Both the position numbers and the translations under genes were made by a program. Positions 15,001-27,400 of a DNA stretch of 64,000 nt are shown piece after piece. The stretch comes from Azolla caroliniana (lineage: Eukaryota; Plantae; Polypodiophyta). Under the pieces are notes generated by a model. That model worked only from the letters and a program-made list of their open reading frames with translations. It was not told the DNA's origin and did no database searches. The stretch lies in NCBI GenBank assembly GCA_043228905.1, contig JBHGNT010000009.1:12524001-12588000 (forward strand). The letters run 5' to 3'. Position 1 is the stretch's first letter. Every line of letters begins with the position of its first letter.

Positions 15001-15281
15001 GTATATTATTTCCGGATGTATTTGGCGCTCGTCATACTCGGATTCTTGCATGGGCTTGTGTTCCTACCGGTAAAGTGTTCATATATGTGTATATATGTGT
15101 CAAAAACCTCATGTTTCAACAATCCATTTTCAATGTGGCTTATCGGTTTGTGTAGGTTTTCCTTAGCCTTGTTGGACCACCTTCGTTGTGCTCAATAGAT
15201 GAGGAAACCATCAGTTATATTAATGTGAACATGGGAATTTTGAAAGAAGACTCACAAAGCCAAGATGAAAATGATAGATAG
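1..15281 (+). CDS. NPC1: Niemann-Pick C1-like sterol transporter, 3' portion (gene starts upstream of window). Exons: <1-13, 176-241, 319-463, 11618-11682, 12832-12897, 12996-13089, 13193-13229, 13321-13378, 14181-14291, 14430-14497, 14682-14748, 15001-15069, 15156-15281 (TAG)
   Basis: Spliced translation keeps phase throughout: PDDQ|PPCCAEGEEFCGVSDVCQNCTT|CFLPSELHGGRPSTNQFKEKLPWFLNALPSADCSKGGVGAY..|GFESGIIKASEFRTYHTPLNKQ|SDFINSMKAAR..|MKIFPYSVTYIFFEQYLDIW..|..LNAISVVNLVMATGIAVEFCVHLTHAF|..MGASVFSGITITKLVGV..|VYYFRMYLALVILGFLHGLVFLP|VFLSLVGPP. These are hallmark NPC1 Cys-rich luminal and C-terminal transmembrane motifs. All junctions are GT-AG except one GC-AG. Confidence 0.96.
176..463 (+). 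CDS. NPC1: NPC1 exons 176-241 and 319-463 (Cys-rich luminal loop)
   Basis: cag|CCTCCTTGCTGT..ACAACA|gtatg and cag|TGTTTT..AATG|gtata; encode PPCC...CQNCTT and KLPWFLNALPSADCSKGG. Confidence 0.93.
830..2116 (+). mobile_element. Decayed non-LTR retrotransposon (RTE/RTEX-like LINE), RT region; 5' half of a split copy
   Basis: GVKQGCPLSPILFCLYIDEV, YADIVL and YTYLGV RT motifs with stops and frameshifts; 1925-2116 aligns with the second copy at ~9430-9623; left boundary approximate. Confidence 0.8.
2117..4139 (-). mobile_element. Ty1/copia internal fragment (integrase to mid-RT), no LTRs
   Basis: [64 protein letters not shown]. Confidence 0.9.
3009..3812. repeat. Six tandem copies of a 134-bp piece of copia integrase
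   Basis: CCGTATCCTAGGAAAATAC recurs at 3009, 3143, 3277, 3411, 3545 and 3679; near-identical copies. Confidence 0.95.
4140..7940 (+). mobile_element. Ty1/copia element, truncated at both ends: partial 5' LTR (4140-4340), PBS, gag, PR, IN, partial RT
   Basis: PBS TGGTATCAcAGC at 4343; gag with CYQCGRKGHKKPNC knuckle; WIVDFGAS protease; RTDNGGEF integrase; RT LYVDDILL; stops mid-RT with no 3' LTR. Confidence 0.92.
7971..8584. mobile_element. Solo LTR (614 bp) inserted in the LINE
   Basis: TGTTAGA...TCTAACA termini; 4-bp TSD GAAC (7967-7970 and 8585-8588); LINE sequence is continuous across it. Confidence 0.85.
8585..9420 (+). mobile_element. 3' end of the split LINE, ending in a (CTTT/GTTT)-type microsatellite tail
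   Basis: Colinear with the second copy (C-terminal Cys/His finger region, 3' UTR); T-rich tandem tail ~9360-9420. Confidence 0.75.
9424..10400 (+). mobile_element. Second, 5'-truncated copy of the same LINE family
   Basis: LRTSSHQLQIEIGRY..ERICQLC..ESEEHYVCHC..YEIR C-terminal motif; an inverted copy of the tail lies at ~10615-10685. Confidence 0.8.
11618..11682 (+). CDS. NPC1: NPC1 exon after the 11.15 kb intron
   Basis: ttgacag|GTTTTGAAAGT...AAACAG|gcaag; encodes GFESGIIKASEFRTYHTPLNKQ. Confidence 0.92.
12832..15281 (+). CDS. NPC1: NPC1 C-terminal exon cluster (9 exons) to stop codon
   Basis: IFPYSVTYIFFEQY, GIAVEFCVH, GASVFSGIT, YYFRMYLALVILGFLHGLVFLP motifs; TAG at 15279-15281. Confidence 0.95.
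13527..14076. mobile_element. Non-autonomous DNA transposon remnant (hAT-like, AACCG/CGGTT subterminal repeats) in an NPC1 intron
   Basis: Clusters of AAACCGAAC/GGTTCGGTT at both ends around an AT-rich core; start TAGCAATGGCA resembles hAT termini; no TSD resolved. Confidence 0.55.
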
Positions 15282-16399
15282 CTTTTTTCAACTTGTAATC
15301 TATATGAAGGCTACTAATCCAACATAGTGAAAATCGACCTCATAGAAATGAGAATATACATATTTGCACAATATGTTTACCATATATTTGTATACTATTA
15401 GGTTTGTATTATGAGAACTTCTATATTATAAGTAATTGGTTAGCATAATATCTTCTACACTGTGTTTGCATTGACACCTTAAGGTAACTTACGAGGTTTA
15501 AGTGCGTTTAAGTGTATGACCATATAAATGCTTGTTGAGGTGGATGCAGAGGTCTGCTATTATTGCAGTTTAACCACCTTGTGGTCTCTGGATTAAGTAT
15601 ATACCACACAAATGTGTAGACGAGTATTTTCTCTTAAACCTTATTTTTAACTCTCTTGAAAAAACGATACACATTAAGCCACCTACTGTGACAACTGTTA
15701 AATGACTTCCAAACAAAAGGAGTATGTTAATGTTTTTGCTTCAGAAATATGGTTCTTTCTGGAACTAATTTTTTAGCTTCAGAAATTGGATTCTTTCTGG
15801 AACTTGCTATTAGTACTTCCTTCTCTGCTAGCTCTTTCAATTCCTGGATTTCTTCTCTATCTTCATGTCCAAAAATGACTGCATAACAACTCTCATAGAT
15901 TTTGATCAATATATAAAATTTCCTACTAATTAACCTAGCTAGATATTAAAAAAAAATTGACTCGCTATTTTCAGAACAATAACTTAAAATTTTTGTTCAT
16001 CACATACCACATAGAACAACACAAACTCTTGTAAGAAAATTTCATAATTAGTAGAATATTAAGAACGTGAACATATATAGCTAATTTTAGACCTGTGGAA
16101 ACATTTATATCTAATTTTTGTGTATCATATTGAAACATTCCGTAATAAATTGGAGAACATTTATAACTAATTCTAAAGACATGGGAGAATAGCAAGTCAT
16201 CACATGGGAGAAATTCCAAAACAAATTAGATAAATTTAACAACATTCCAATCTATTTCTTCAATGAAATATTTGATGTTATCATAATCATAAGGAGTTCT
16301 TATCAAAATATGATATGTTTTTTTTTGTGCAAGAAAATATTGGCACTAAAGTGATGTTTCTCTAGTTCATGTCCATCGATAGATATTCCTATCAATGCA

Positions 16400-18380
16400 T
16401 CTATGACACCACTTTTTAGTCTTTTCTTAAGATTATTGTTTATTAGATTTAGTTGACTAAAGCTTCACATGTTTCAAAAGAAGAACATTGAAGCTTTTCT
16501 TTCCAAACATCCTTATAATTATCACGCCCCGAAACATCCAAAACATCTCCTCCAATACATATTGTAGTAGCTTTCCTTTTGAAGATTACATATTCATCAC
16601 ATAGTTTATCGTTATCCATCATAGAACACTTTGCCATCATCATTTTGTCAACACTAAAAAAACTGGAAGTGTCTTCAACTCATTAAGACCATCTTTTGTG
16701 CTACAATGCTTGTATATCTGAAAGATAACATTCATTGATGATAACATTCTAAATTCAAATAGAGTCATCATATCGTAAACCTCTTCTTTTTAGACTCTAT
16801 TTTCCGTGAAAATAAAACTTGGAGAGGAATTTCTTCAATTAGGTCCTCCCCATCAATACTTCTACCATGATCCTTATATATATATTGCCTTTCACCACAT
16901 CTCAATAAAATTGAAAGCATTCATTTTTCTCCACCATATTTAGGAATTACTATCCTTTTCAAACCATTAGATCTGTAATATCTTGATGTGAAAACTACTC
17001 TTCTATATCCCTAATGGCCACAATAGCAAATCTCCAATGCTATTTATATCCACATAAACTTTTTGGAATTCCATTGTCAAGATAGACATACTCTTAAGTA
17101 TACCTACAAGGAATGAAGCATACAAACTTCCTTGAAATTCTAAGATGGTGGTGGACAAGGATCCCATGAAAACTTAAATGGGCTCAACCTTGATATTTCT
17201 ACGAGTTGCGAGTTCAACTCTCGTTCACCCATTAGTATCATGTGTCTCAAACCCTTGTTCTTAGGTTAATGCTAGAAACCTTTACACTTCACACTCAATA
17301 TTATCTAAGACACTTGATATCATCAAGTTTTGTAGATTTTCTTTATTGAAAAAGATCTAATATGCATCACTTTGTGAGTGTAAAGTCTTCATAAATGGTT
17401 TATACACATTTTGTACACTCATAAGAGCACCATGGCAATTACATCATCGAGTCTTCACAATCCCTAGCATACTCAAATGTATACATATATTCTAATGTAC
17501 CTTGGATCCTAATGCATCTTCACCTCAATGTCTTGAGCTCCTAGGAAATGAGCAAACCACTTGATTCAAAAGTACATCTAGCATTTTACATGTTTCTTTT
17601 ATTTCAATATTCTTTGAAGCTTCTTGCACACTCAATTAGTTCAATGTACACAACCATGCACATAAGTCATAGATGGATTATATGACTTTAATCTCGTAGC
17701 AACACCTCCTATAGACATACATCTCTTTCTAACATCCATCTTCCACTTTTTTAACAATGTCAAAATGCATTCCATTATTCTATTTTCCATACCATCCTCC
17801 ACTTAAAGTATCCCCAAATAAGAGGTTTTTACTTGCCTTCTTTCGATGAGGGTAACATAAAGAATGAAACTCTTTGTAATACTTATATCGATAGATTCAC
17901 ATGTCATAAATTGAAACCAAGACTTTTCCTTGTCTTATCATAAATCTCAACTATAAAAAACTTACTAATGTTCAGGACAAAGATACACAAGCATTATTGT
18001 TATTACATATCTGAGGAAGGCCTTCCACACCACACTCTCTTAATAATCTTAATAGGCTTACAAGCATTCAAAATGCGAGATCCTCTTTTGCCATTAATAT
18101 AGTATGCACATTCAAATAACTTTTCAATTGAAAAATCTACACCAACCTTTCTCTTTTATGCATTTAGACAATTTTTATTTCATTCTTGCAATGTTTCTTG
18201 CATGTTCTTCTAGTGTATAAGTCTTAAAATGTTTGGCTCCTATTTTATTAAATGAAAACTTGCAATGACTATGACTCCTACAATAACTACACCATAGATG
18301 ACATGTTTCCAAATACTCTTGAAGCCACTTAAATTTATTAAGCCAATCTTCTAGAATCCACATAAGGGATAAGTGTGAGC
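16400..18380 (-). pseudogene. Highly degenerate hAT-type transposase remnant
   Basis: TTF-like zinc finger (WL..CHLWCSYC...F...G...F....L.EH) at 18175-18363; VHGCVH*TN* resembling the hAT CxxH motif near 17635-17665; many stops; boundaries approximate. Confidence 0.5.
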
Positions 18381-19336
18381 AAAGAAAAGTTACGTTGAGC
18401 GGACAAGCTCAACATGATCTGGATTGACTGAATAAGCCAAGAGCCGGATCGGTGTCCAAATTGGAGAACCGGATCGATGTCCGAAACGGAGAGCCGGATC
18501 AATGTCCATTAGTGTGTAACCGGTAGGCAGTTAGAGGCCTACGATCCTAGCCTAGTATGTAGGCATATTTTTAGGAGTTAGTGTCAGTCGATCGTTACGA
18601 GCATTGAAGTACATGTTAGTACTTCTGTCAGTCCTTTTAAGGACTTGTATAAAACTGCTCACTAAGCACATTGTATGTACAGAGTCTACAGATTTTTCAT
18701 TCTCTGCTCTCTTTGTCTCTCCCACGCACTCTGTGTGTGTTGCAAGTCATCCATTAAACCTTTGTTCTGTTTTCTGTTGTTATCTGGTTGAGCCGGTTGT
18801 GCCTACAAGCTTCCACACGTTTTCTTTTACATGGTATCAGAGCGTGAGGGTTGAGAAGCCTCTACTGCCGACAAGAGTTGTAACACAGACAAACCCTAAT
18901 ACCCTATAAGAATAGATAGAAGAGGAAATGGATAAAGGCATGGCAAGCTCGCTTCGGACAGAAGCAACTATGCATCTTGGTCGTACAAGATGCACTAGTA
19001 CCTACTGCGGCACGGCTACTAGAGTTATGTCGAAGGAGCAAATGAGGCAGCGCCGGAGTCGGCACACAAGGACTTCCCGGTATGGGAACAAGAAGCGAGC
19101 AGAGTGTTGTACTATCTCGCTTCTTGTGTGCACGACCAGATGCTCCGCTACATCAGAGATTCAAAAACACTGAAGGAAGCTTGGGAAAAACTCAAAACGA
19201 TTTTTGCCGCAAGTACCTTGGCTCGGAAGTTGCAGTTCCAGCAAGAGCTTAAGAACATCCGGCAAAGGGACATGTTGGTCACCAACTACACCATGAAAAT
19301 CAAGGAGATCTGCAACATAGTAGGGTCCATCAATGT

Positions 19337-19837
19337 TGACGAGGATTAGCACGGAATATTGCTCGGCCACAACCAAATCTTGAACACTTCGATGAGAATG
19401 GAGAACATAGAAATGAGAACTAAAGAGTGAACACAAGATGTTTACATGGAAAAACCTAATAGGGAAAAACCATGGGAGCCCACAGACTCCAAACTATCAC
19501 TATGAAGAGAAGGGGTACAATCAGAGACTCATAGGCAACGACCTTGAGCTCAGTTTCTTCCCCAACTGGCGGTTACAACAGAGTATCGCTCTGTATCTCT
19601 CTCTCCCTCTCTGTCGCTCTCTTCTGTACAACAGTTACAACAACTATATTTTACACACTCTCTACAAAGTGATGGCCCTAAGTCATATTTATACTTATAT
19701 GAACTTAGGGCTATTTACGAATATAGCCTCAATAGGCTTACTGAAAAAATATTTACAGATATGTCTTCTCTTCCGGTTCTCACGGGGTCCTCTTTATTCA
19801 TCACCGGATCCCATCCGGAGAGACCGATTTCCCAACA
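19337..19837 (-). mobile_element. Solo LTR (501 bp) in gag of element A
   Basis: TG...CA termini; TSD AATGT/AATGC; removing it restores gag SIN..DEDEMV; TATAAAT on the minus strand. Confidence 0.8.
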
Positions 19838-20209
19838 AATGCGATGCTGGATGAAGACGAGATGGTGTAGATCTGCCTCGGTGGTCTAGTGCAGAGGTAT
19901 GGACCAATCCGAACAACGATATTGACCCAGGAGAAGCCACCGTCCTTCTTTGACTTGCAATCGATGTCGAAGAAAACCATGCAAGTGGGTCGAGGACCAC
20001 TCAATCGGACAGTCGCATGCTCTACAAACAGGCAGATCGGCACGCAATAGTGGTGGCCGACAAGGGTAGGAAAGAAGGCAAAGAGGTGGTGTCAACAACA
20101 TATCCGGACCGTCTACGAGCAGGAGTTAAGGCAGCACCAGAAACCGGCAAGCAAAAGTCAACACAGAATACTCGTATTGTGGCCAGAAAGGCTACCCAGA
20201 GAGCGAGTG

Positions 20210-20729
20210 TGTTATAAGTGGGACAAAAGGGATACAGTGTGAAATGAATCTAAGGATACGTGGAAACCGAAAACCGGGAAGGAGGAAGGTATTGAAATAC
20301 GAGTAGCCGAGAAGAAAGGAGTAACTGAAGCGCACCGAACAGGATGGGAAGCTATATAAAAAGAAGGAGAATCAGAAGGAAGAGGGAGGAGAGTGCGAAG
20401 AAGTAATACCTTTGTCTAGCGAGACTACTATTTTCCTGAGTATATGAGAATAGAACTCCGGCCATGAGCCGTGTAACTCTTGTACCTGAATACATTAATA
20501 TAATTTTTCTTTGTGGGTTTAATATGTTCGCGCAATCTATTTGTGTCATTCGAATTAGCCACCACAGTTCTTTAGTGCAATTTACTAGGCTAATTGTGGC
20601 TAACGGTTTTTCCGTAATTAACTATCCGTGCAATCTCGGGGATTCCTTTCCACCACTACATACCACAACCTCTTGACCCGATTGGCTTAAGAATAATCAA
20701 AGGTGTTATCTCGAAGAAGAGACAATTCA
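20210..20729 (+). mobile_element. Probable solo LTR (~520 bp) in the zinc knuckle of element A
   Basis: Interrupts GAG-AGC-GAG-TGT-TGG; TG...CA ends; CTATATAAA at ~20352; TSD ambiguous (GTG/AGTG/GTGT). Confidence 0.65.
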
Positions 20730-22750
20730 GTGTTGGAAGAAGTGCGCCGATTCAGACAAATCTGGATGCCAGACAAGCTAGTCGGCAAAGCTTGCACTAC
20801 GCCGAAGGATGGGAAGGATCTGAAATTGGAAAGACCGGAAAAGAGCCAACCTTTGTGATGAAGCACAAGGCAAACGTGATGACGAAGACCACCTCACAAT
20901 TGGATGAGGTGTGGAACGTTGACTCCAGAGCATCAAACCACATGATGAGCCATGAAGAATGGTTCTTGTATTTAGAGAAACTGGAGTGGTCGAAACCAGA
21001 CACGACACTCCACACCTGATCGAATGTGTCAGAGAAGTTCCCCTCAGCCATGTCAAACAAAAGGGAAAACTTATGAATGTGTTGCACATTCCGACAATCA
21101 CAAAGAACCTGGTGTCAGTTAGGCAGATCGTCGACCAGGGGTTGCAAGTTCGATTCACACATCTTATGTGCTTCATCGAGGAAGAGGGCCAAATCATCAC
21201 GCAAGGGTGTCGGAATAGGAGGATGTTCATCCTCGACATCAATGACGTCACCACCGCTATGTTCGGAAAAGATCAAAAAGTCGAGTCCGATATTGACTTA
21301 TGGCACAAGCAGATTGGCCATGTCAACTACTAGAGGCTTCAAGAAGTGGAAACGAAACAGGTAGTATTGGGATTGCTGAAATTTAGTGGCCGGAAGGCCC
21401 AAATTTGTGAAACCTGCCATCTTGGGAAGCAACACCGACTTCCATTCCCCAACAACCGAAATCGAAGCAGAAAGAAGCTCGATTTGATACATTCAAATGT
21501 ATGTGGACTGGCAAAGAACATGAGCTTAGGCAGGTGCCGATATTTCGTCTCCTTCATCGACCACTACAACCGACACACATGGATCTACCTCATTGAGAAG
21601 AAAAGCAAAGTCTTCGACTATTTCTGGAACTTACAAAGCTTAGTCGAACGGGAAATGGAGAGGAAGATAAAGTGTTTGCAGTTGAATGGTGGAAAAGAAT
21701 ATTTTTCCGGCCAGTTCAACAGTTATCCGCAACATAAGGGAATTCGGCTAGAATTTAGTTGCAAATATACGCTGGAACAAAATGGCGTAGTGGAGAGGAA
21801 GAACCAGTGAATTGTGGAAGAGGCAAGGGCGATGTTGGAGGAGAAGAGCATGCCCAAGTTCTTCTGGGCCAAAGCGGTCCAAACAACCGTTTACATCCAT
21901 AATCAGATCGAGGAAAAGGTGTCGGCACATGAGTTGTATTTCGGACGGAAGCCGAACTTATGATACCTGAGGATATTCGGCAACATTGCCTATGTGCATG
22001 TGCCCGATGAGAAGAGGAGGAAGTTGGACCCAAAGTCGGAGAAATGCATATTGGCCGGCTATTGTCATGAGCAGAACGGGTATAAATGTTATAACCCCCG
22101 GATCAAACAAGTTTGAGTAAGCCACGATGTCGAATTAGATGAGTTAGTATCTTGGTACTCCCTACTGATTCCGACTCCTGACAACTCTGACCACCCGATC
22201 ACTGAGGATGAGGTCAGTGAGCCCGAAAGGATTCGGGAAGAAGAAGAAGAAGATATTGGTACTCTTGAGGAGAGTCTAATCTCATTCCGGCTAAGTGGGT
22301 CGAATGAGAGATTGAGTCGGAATGATCAGTCAGATGAAGAGTCAGCGAGTAGTGGAGACTCGGTCGTGCATTCCCCGAGCAAGGAACCGAGGAGACGGTC
22401 CATGCGCAAGGAAAAAGGAAAGAAGAAGTTTCCAGAATACGACACCGACAAGGAAGAGTTAGATCGGAGCGAATCCGACTCTGGAAGGCATGAAGACGGA
22501 CCTTCAAAGATGAAGTCTACATCGGCCAAGAGGGCCCTAAAATCGTCAAACGAGTAGTTACGCCGATCAACCTGCGAGAAGAATATCGTGAAGCGGTATG
22601 GTTATAACGAGTATATAGCGTATCATTATGTGTACATGACAAAGGTGGCGGAAGTGCGTGAGCCAGAGCGCTAGGAAGAAGCGGCAAAGGACGCAAACTA
22701 GTGTGCCGCTATGGAGGAAGAGATGCACACTCTCGCGGAGAACGAAACAT

Positions 22751-22913
22751 ATAAAGAATCAATTTCTTTTGCAATAAACGAATGTTTCCTCTCATCTACT
22801 TGTCTTATATGTGAATCTTGCTTGTGTTGTGCGTGTGCGTACTAATTCCTTCTAGTCCATAACCCAGACGGTTCCGTCTCACGATCCGCACATAGTGACG
22901 GATTCTCACGACG
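22751..22913 (+). mobile_element. Orphan 3' fragment of a gypsy-B-family LTR
   Basis: Near-identical to 30951-31113; ends CTCACGACG; fused to truncated copia A. Confidence 0.85.
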
Positions 22914-24433
22914 GTGTCCTTTCACTCGAATGTCTGCCTCTCTATCCGAAGACTAGCGGAGTTCCGAACTAAGGCGTTCAATCTTGGATTCGGCTAGTTG
23001 AGTAGCCTGTTTTGCCTTGGCCGTTAATACCACTTGGGCCTCTGCCTCCTCCCGTAGAGCCTGCAACTCAGCTGCCTGGGAGGCAGGGACATGAGTTGTT
23101 TGCTTCGCTAGTGCGCTATTTTCGAGCTCAATAATTCATAGTTGTGCCTTATCCAATTGCTTCTGGTCTTCCATAATTTTCTGTTCTTGGCAGCCATATC
23201 TTTGGCGCCAATGGTAACCGTCGCTAGCTCCCTATGTATCTCCACTAAGGCCGTATTTAGCGGAGGGAGCTCTATCCCTATGCGGTGAATGCCTGCATTT
23301 CTCTTTCTCCCCACCCTCGCTAATGGGCCTTCGTCTTCACTTTCCGCTGTTTGGTTTAGCGCGCGGTCAATCATTTGGCGTTTGGCGTGTTCCTCGGCCA
23401 TTCGTTGGGACACTTTAATCTGTTGTTTCGCCAGGAACTCCATTAGCTCAAAGGTTGTGTTGAACTGCAAAAGGGCGCCGAACTCGTGGGTCATGTCCAG
23501 AATATCTGGGTAGGACAAAACTTCGCTCTCCGAGGTGAGCACACCCTTACCGCATTGCTACTGTCTGGTTATTATTGGTCGAGGTTCGGAAATCAACTCT
23601 AATGTTGTGTCGGCCGCTGCCGTAGTGGGGTTTACGACTCGTGGGGTTGTGTCTTTAACTAGCTCGTGACCGTCTTTCTTGTCCAGCCGTCTACGTTTGG
23701 GTCTGGGGCTCCCGGGTGCCGTCTCTTCCTCGACCTGCGAATCCGTTGGTTGCGTTTCGACAAACAGAACCGAGATTGGTTGCTACTCGTCTTGAGGTGG
23801 TGAGGTTTCTGCTTCTCGAGGATTTTCTTCATCCTCCCATTCTAGCGCCGCGAGTTTAGGTAATTTTCATTTCGTTGAACGTGGCATGGTTATATGGTAG
23901 GTTGATTCCGGGGTGGGGAGGCCACGAGGGGGGAATAGTACTATCAAGTACTGCAGAATGATGGGGCGAAGCTTTTTCCCGGTTTGAAACGCATGCAAGC
24001 CTTCTCGTAGCGTTGTCCCCGTGATGATTCCCCAGTCAATGGCCTAACTCTCAAACGTAGCGATGACAATACCCGCTTTCTACTTCAGCATGTCATAGGC
24101 ATTGGTATGTACACACCCTACTTCCAATAAAAACTTCGCCACTTCGTGAAAGAATGGGTTAGGTACCTCCCGTGTTCTGAATGCTTTTGCTGAGGTTGAA
24201 TATTCCCCGAAGTATCGTTCAAGAATCCCTGTTAGAGGGATTTCGAAGTGACGTTCGTCACTTCCGGACAAGCCCAACTTTTTCCTCATGTTGGCGTTTG
24301 TGATTATGTCGATGTTGAGTTTTCTTGCCACATCTTGGGCATTCGGGTGGGGTGGAGATTCTGCTACCCGAATGTAACCTTCAAGGCCCTTGTCGTGTAA
24401 CCATCGCCGTAGAGCGGGGGAGATATCTATCGT
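22914..24433 (-). pseudogene. Body of element C extra ORF (start ATG at 31162, displaced by insertion B)
   Basis: Joined reading MLPSLFPRSARPDDMT|IDISPALRRWLHDKGLEGYI...AIDWGIITG...QYLIVLFPP...; charged linker and coiled-coil-like end; point-mutation stops. Confidence 0.6.
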
Positions 24434-27400
24434 TGTCATGTAGTTTTTCACACACGATATGAAAACTAGTAAAATAATTATTTAAGATTAGCTTAATGTA
24501 TTGATATAGAAAGATAGATGTCTTCAAGAGCTTCATAACGTATTTTACTACGCATGAAATGGATAAACAAGCATCAAGTTATGTAAGTGAGAAGTTTGAA
24601 GAGAAAAAGGGAAAAAACAAAATTGTGAGATATCCCACATAGATAGGATAACATTGGATTCCCCAATATATATAGAAAGCCAAAACCTATTCATTATATC
24701 AATGTGGGAAGCACAGAATGTTCAAGGTGACTTGGGCTAAATTGGGTGGATAAATGTACGGCGTATGGCCCTATCGGGACGCGCGCATTTGTGGATGCGT
24801 ACATGGCGTTATCGGGATGCACACGTGTGCGGACGCGTCTACCGTTTGGTTGCGATGCGCGTACGGATTGCGCACGAGCTAAAAGTGGGTGGACATGCAA
24901 AGTAACATTGGGAAGGGGGATCCGCAAGTGTGTCATGGAGATCCAAAAAGAGCACACAACTTGGGTGGAGTTCGAAAAGACACTTCTCGCTGAATACATG
25001 CTTGAAGACGCGTCATGGATGACTCGACATACGCTAATGACATGGATCGAGAAGAAAGGGAAGAATATGTGTGCGTCTGGAGTATATGCCGAATTCGACT
25101 AGAAGTACAACCGACTTCCGAGTGTTGATCAACGAGTTCTCGATGGAGATAAAGTCCTACTATTCCTAAAGGTAGTGGATGCGAAAGATCGGCGAGAATT
25201 GGGAAACTTTTTGGAGGACGAAACACAACCAAATGGTTTGGTAGCGGACTGGGCGGCGGTAGTCGTCTTGATAAGCGTCGACAATGGCAAGAGGAAACTG
25301 ATGTGGAGAATGCACAATCGTGGAAGAGGAAGATGCAAGGCATGTAGAAGCCATGCACTATGCCGCATCAGCCGGGATACGAGATGGAAGAGAGAATCTA
25401 AAGACGATCAAGCCGGGAGTTGGGTTTTGGCCAACGGTATTTGAGTGCGATAAGAAAGGCAAAATCGATTTGGAGGATCTACAACTTGTTGATCGGAATG
25501 TGCGACGAGTTACCGGATGGTCGGATCTAGTCGACGATAACAGGAGCTTTGCGGAGGTTGTGTGTGACAACTATGAAGCTCTTGTCGAAGAGAAGAGGAA
25601 AAGAACTGGTGAAGAAGATGGCACATCAAAGCGTCACAATACGAGGAATGCAGGGAATGAAGGACAAGCCCAACCTACGCCACGAAAAGTGATAGGAGAA
25701 ACAAGCATGAAACCCAGTGGATCGAGCCAACCTTCTCGAATAGAAGTCGATGAATCTATGAAGAAAGTAAAAGAACGAGCGGCGCCGACTTACAAGCTAA
25801 GGTCGGACATAGAACAAACAACCGACTTGCGGAAGGTCGTTGAGGAGAAGGTTTTAGACAGTCATGTCAACCTTACTTTGAGAGAGCTACTTGGGATAGC
25901 TAAGAAGGAGTTCCACGATACTATCGTGGACTTGATTAAGCGGAAGCGGCAACAAGCGGATGAAGAGGAGGTGAAAACAAGTGTCATAACTATGGCAAGA
26001 TCGGAAGAGGAGAAAGAAGAAGAAGTGATGACGGACAACCATTACTCTCGGCCTCATTGGGCAAGAGCGACAACGGAGACGCTGGTGAAGATCGGGGAGA
26101 AGAAAGAGACTGTGGTAGCTTTGATTGACCATGGTTCGGAGATTAACCTCATGTCGACCGAGTTCTACAAAAAGGGAAGATGGCCATTTAATACAAACCA
26201 CGGATGGAAGATTCGAGCGGCAACGAAGGCCACGGAAGACTTGTACGGAGCTTGCCCCAATGTTAAAGTCACGATTGGAGATGTGGAGATGGATCAACAC
26301 TTCTTTGTGCAAGACTCGGCTTCACATCCTGTCATCCTAGGACAACCGTATATCACATCATCCCGGATGGAGACCAAGGTGTTCGATAATGGAGAAGCTT
26401 TTGCGCGAGTCAAGAGCCTTGACAATCAAAGATCTGTTCAATTCCTGATGGTGCGAGGCAATCACGAAAGGAACCAAGATAGCCTTGGAGGCAAATCTTC
26501 GGATTTTTAGAACGGACTATTGAAGCATGGGGCACAAATAGTCCAAGCAATCATAAGTCCCCACAAGGAAGTAGAGTTTGTGGATTGCAAGGAGAAGCAA
26601 CATGTGCCACACCTAGTGGCGCATGTAAACTAACACTACTCGACAAGAAGTACAAGCGTCGGATACAAGACTTCGAGAAGGCGCTGAAAGAAGAAAGCAT
26701 AATAGAAGAAGAAGAATTCGTAACTCATATTCTAGAGGAAGCCTCATTTAACGACACCATCGATGAAATCGAGGAAGTCGTGGACTTGAGCTATCCTCAC
26801 GATCGACACGAGATTTCAGTTAACTCCATCAACATGTATGCTATCATCGATGAATATCATCGAGGCATCTTGATGGAGGAAGTTGAAGTCAACACAAAAT
26901 ATAAAACGGTGGATAAAAAGTTCAAACCAGTTGCGGTTCCGCTACCGGAAGATAGCTGGCAAAAGATGAAGGAAGTTTCTAATGATCCAAGCTTAAGGGA
27001 TCCAAAGGCAATAGGTCATGTCTTCAATAAAGAGACAAAAGGGAAGCTACGAGTTGGGAAGGAGGATTTCCTCCTCCTTGAAGAGGAACGAATGTTCCGT
27101 GGAATGCTCGAGAGACATGGGAAAGCCTTCGCCTTCTCCTCACAAGAGATCTAATGTGCTGACCCGAAGATGATAGAGCCGATGATGATATTTATAGTGC
27201 CTCATGTACCTTGGAACCTCAAGCCGATACCGATTCCAAGAGTTCACATTCCGAAGTTGATTGAGCTTCTTAAGGAAAAGGTTAGGATGGGAATTCTTGA
27301 GCCATCCAATGCTCCCTACTCCAATAGATGGTTTACGATGCCGAAGAAGAATGGGTCCTTACGCTTTATTCAAGATCTCCAACCCATCAACAAGGTGACG

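Larger units (their letters stand above)
18393..22750 (+). mobile_element. Ty1/copia element A: 5' LTR 18393-18831, PBS 18832-18843, gag-PR-IN, truncated at RT start
   Basis: LTR (C)GTTGAG...TTTACA directly followed by TGGTATCAGAGC; homologous to element D; multiple stops; interrupted by two solo LTRs. Confidence 0.9.

Noticed and set aside
15480-15700. Possible structured ncRNA downstream of NPC1 (GGTTTAAG...CTTAAACC)
   Set aside because: Only a short inverted match; no snoRNA boxes or extended hairpin could be supported.
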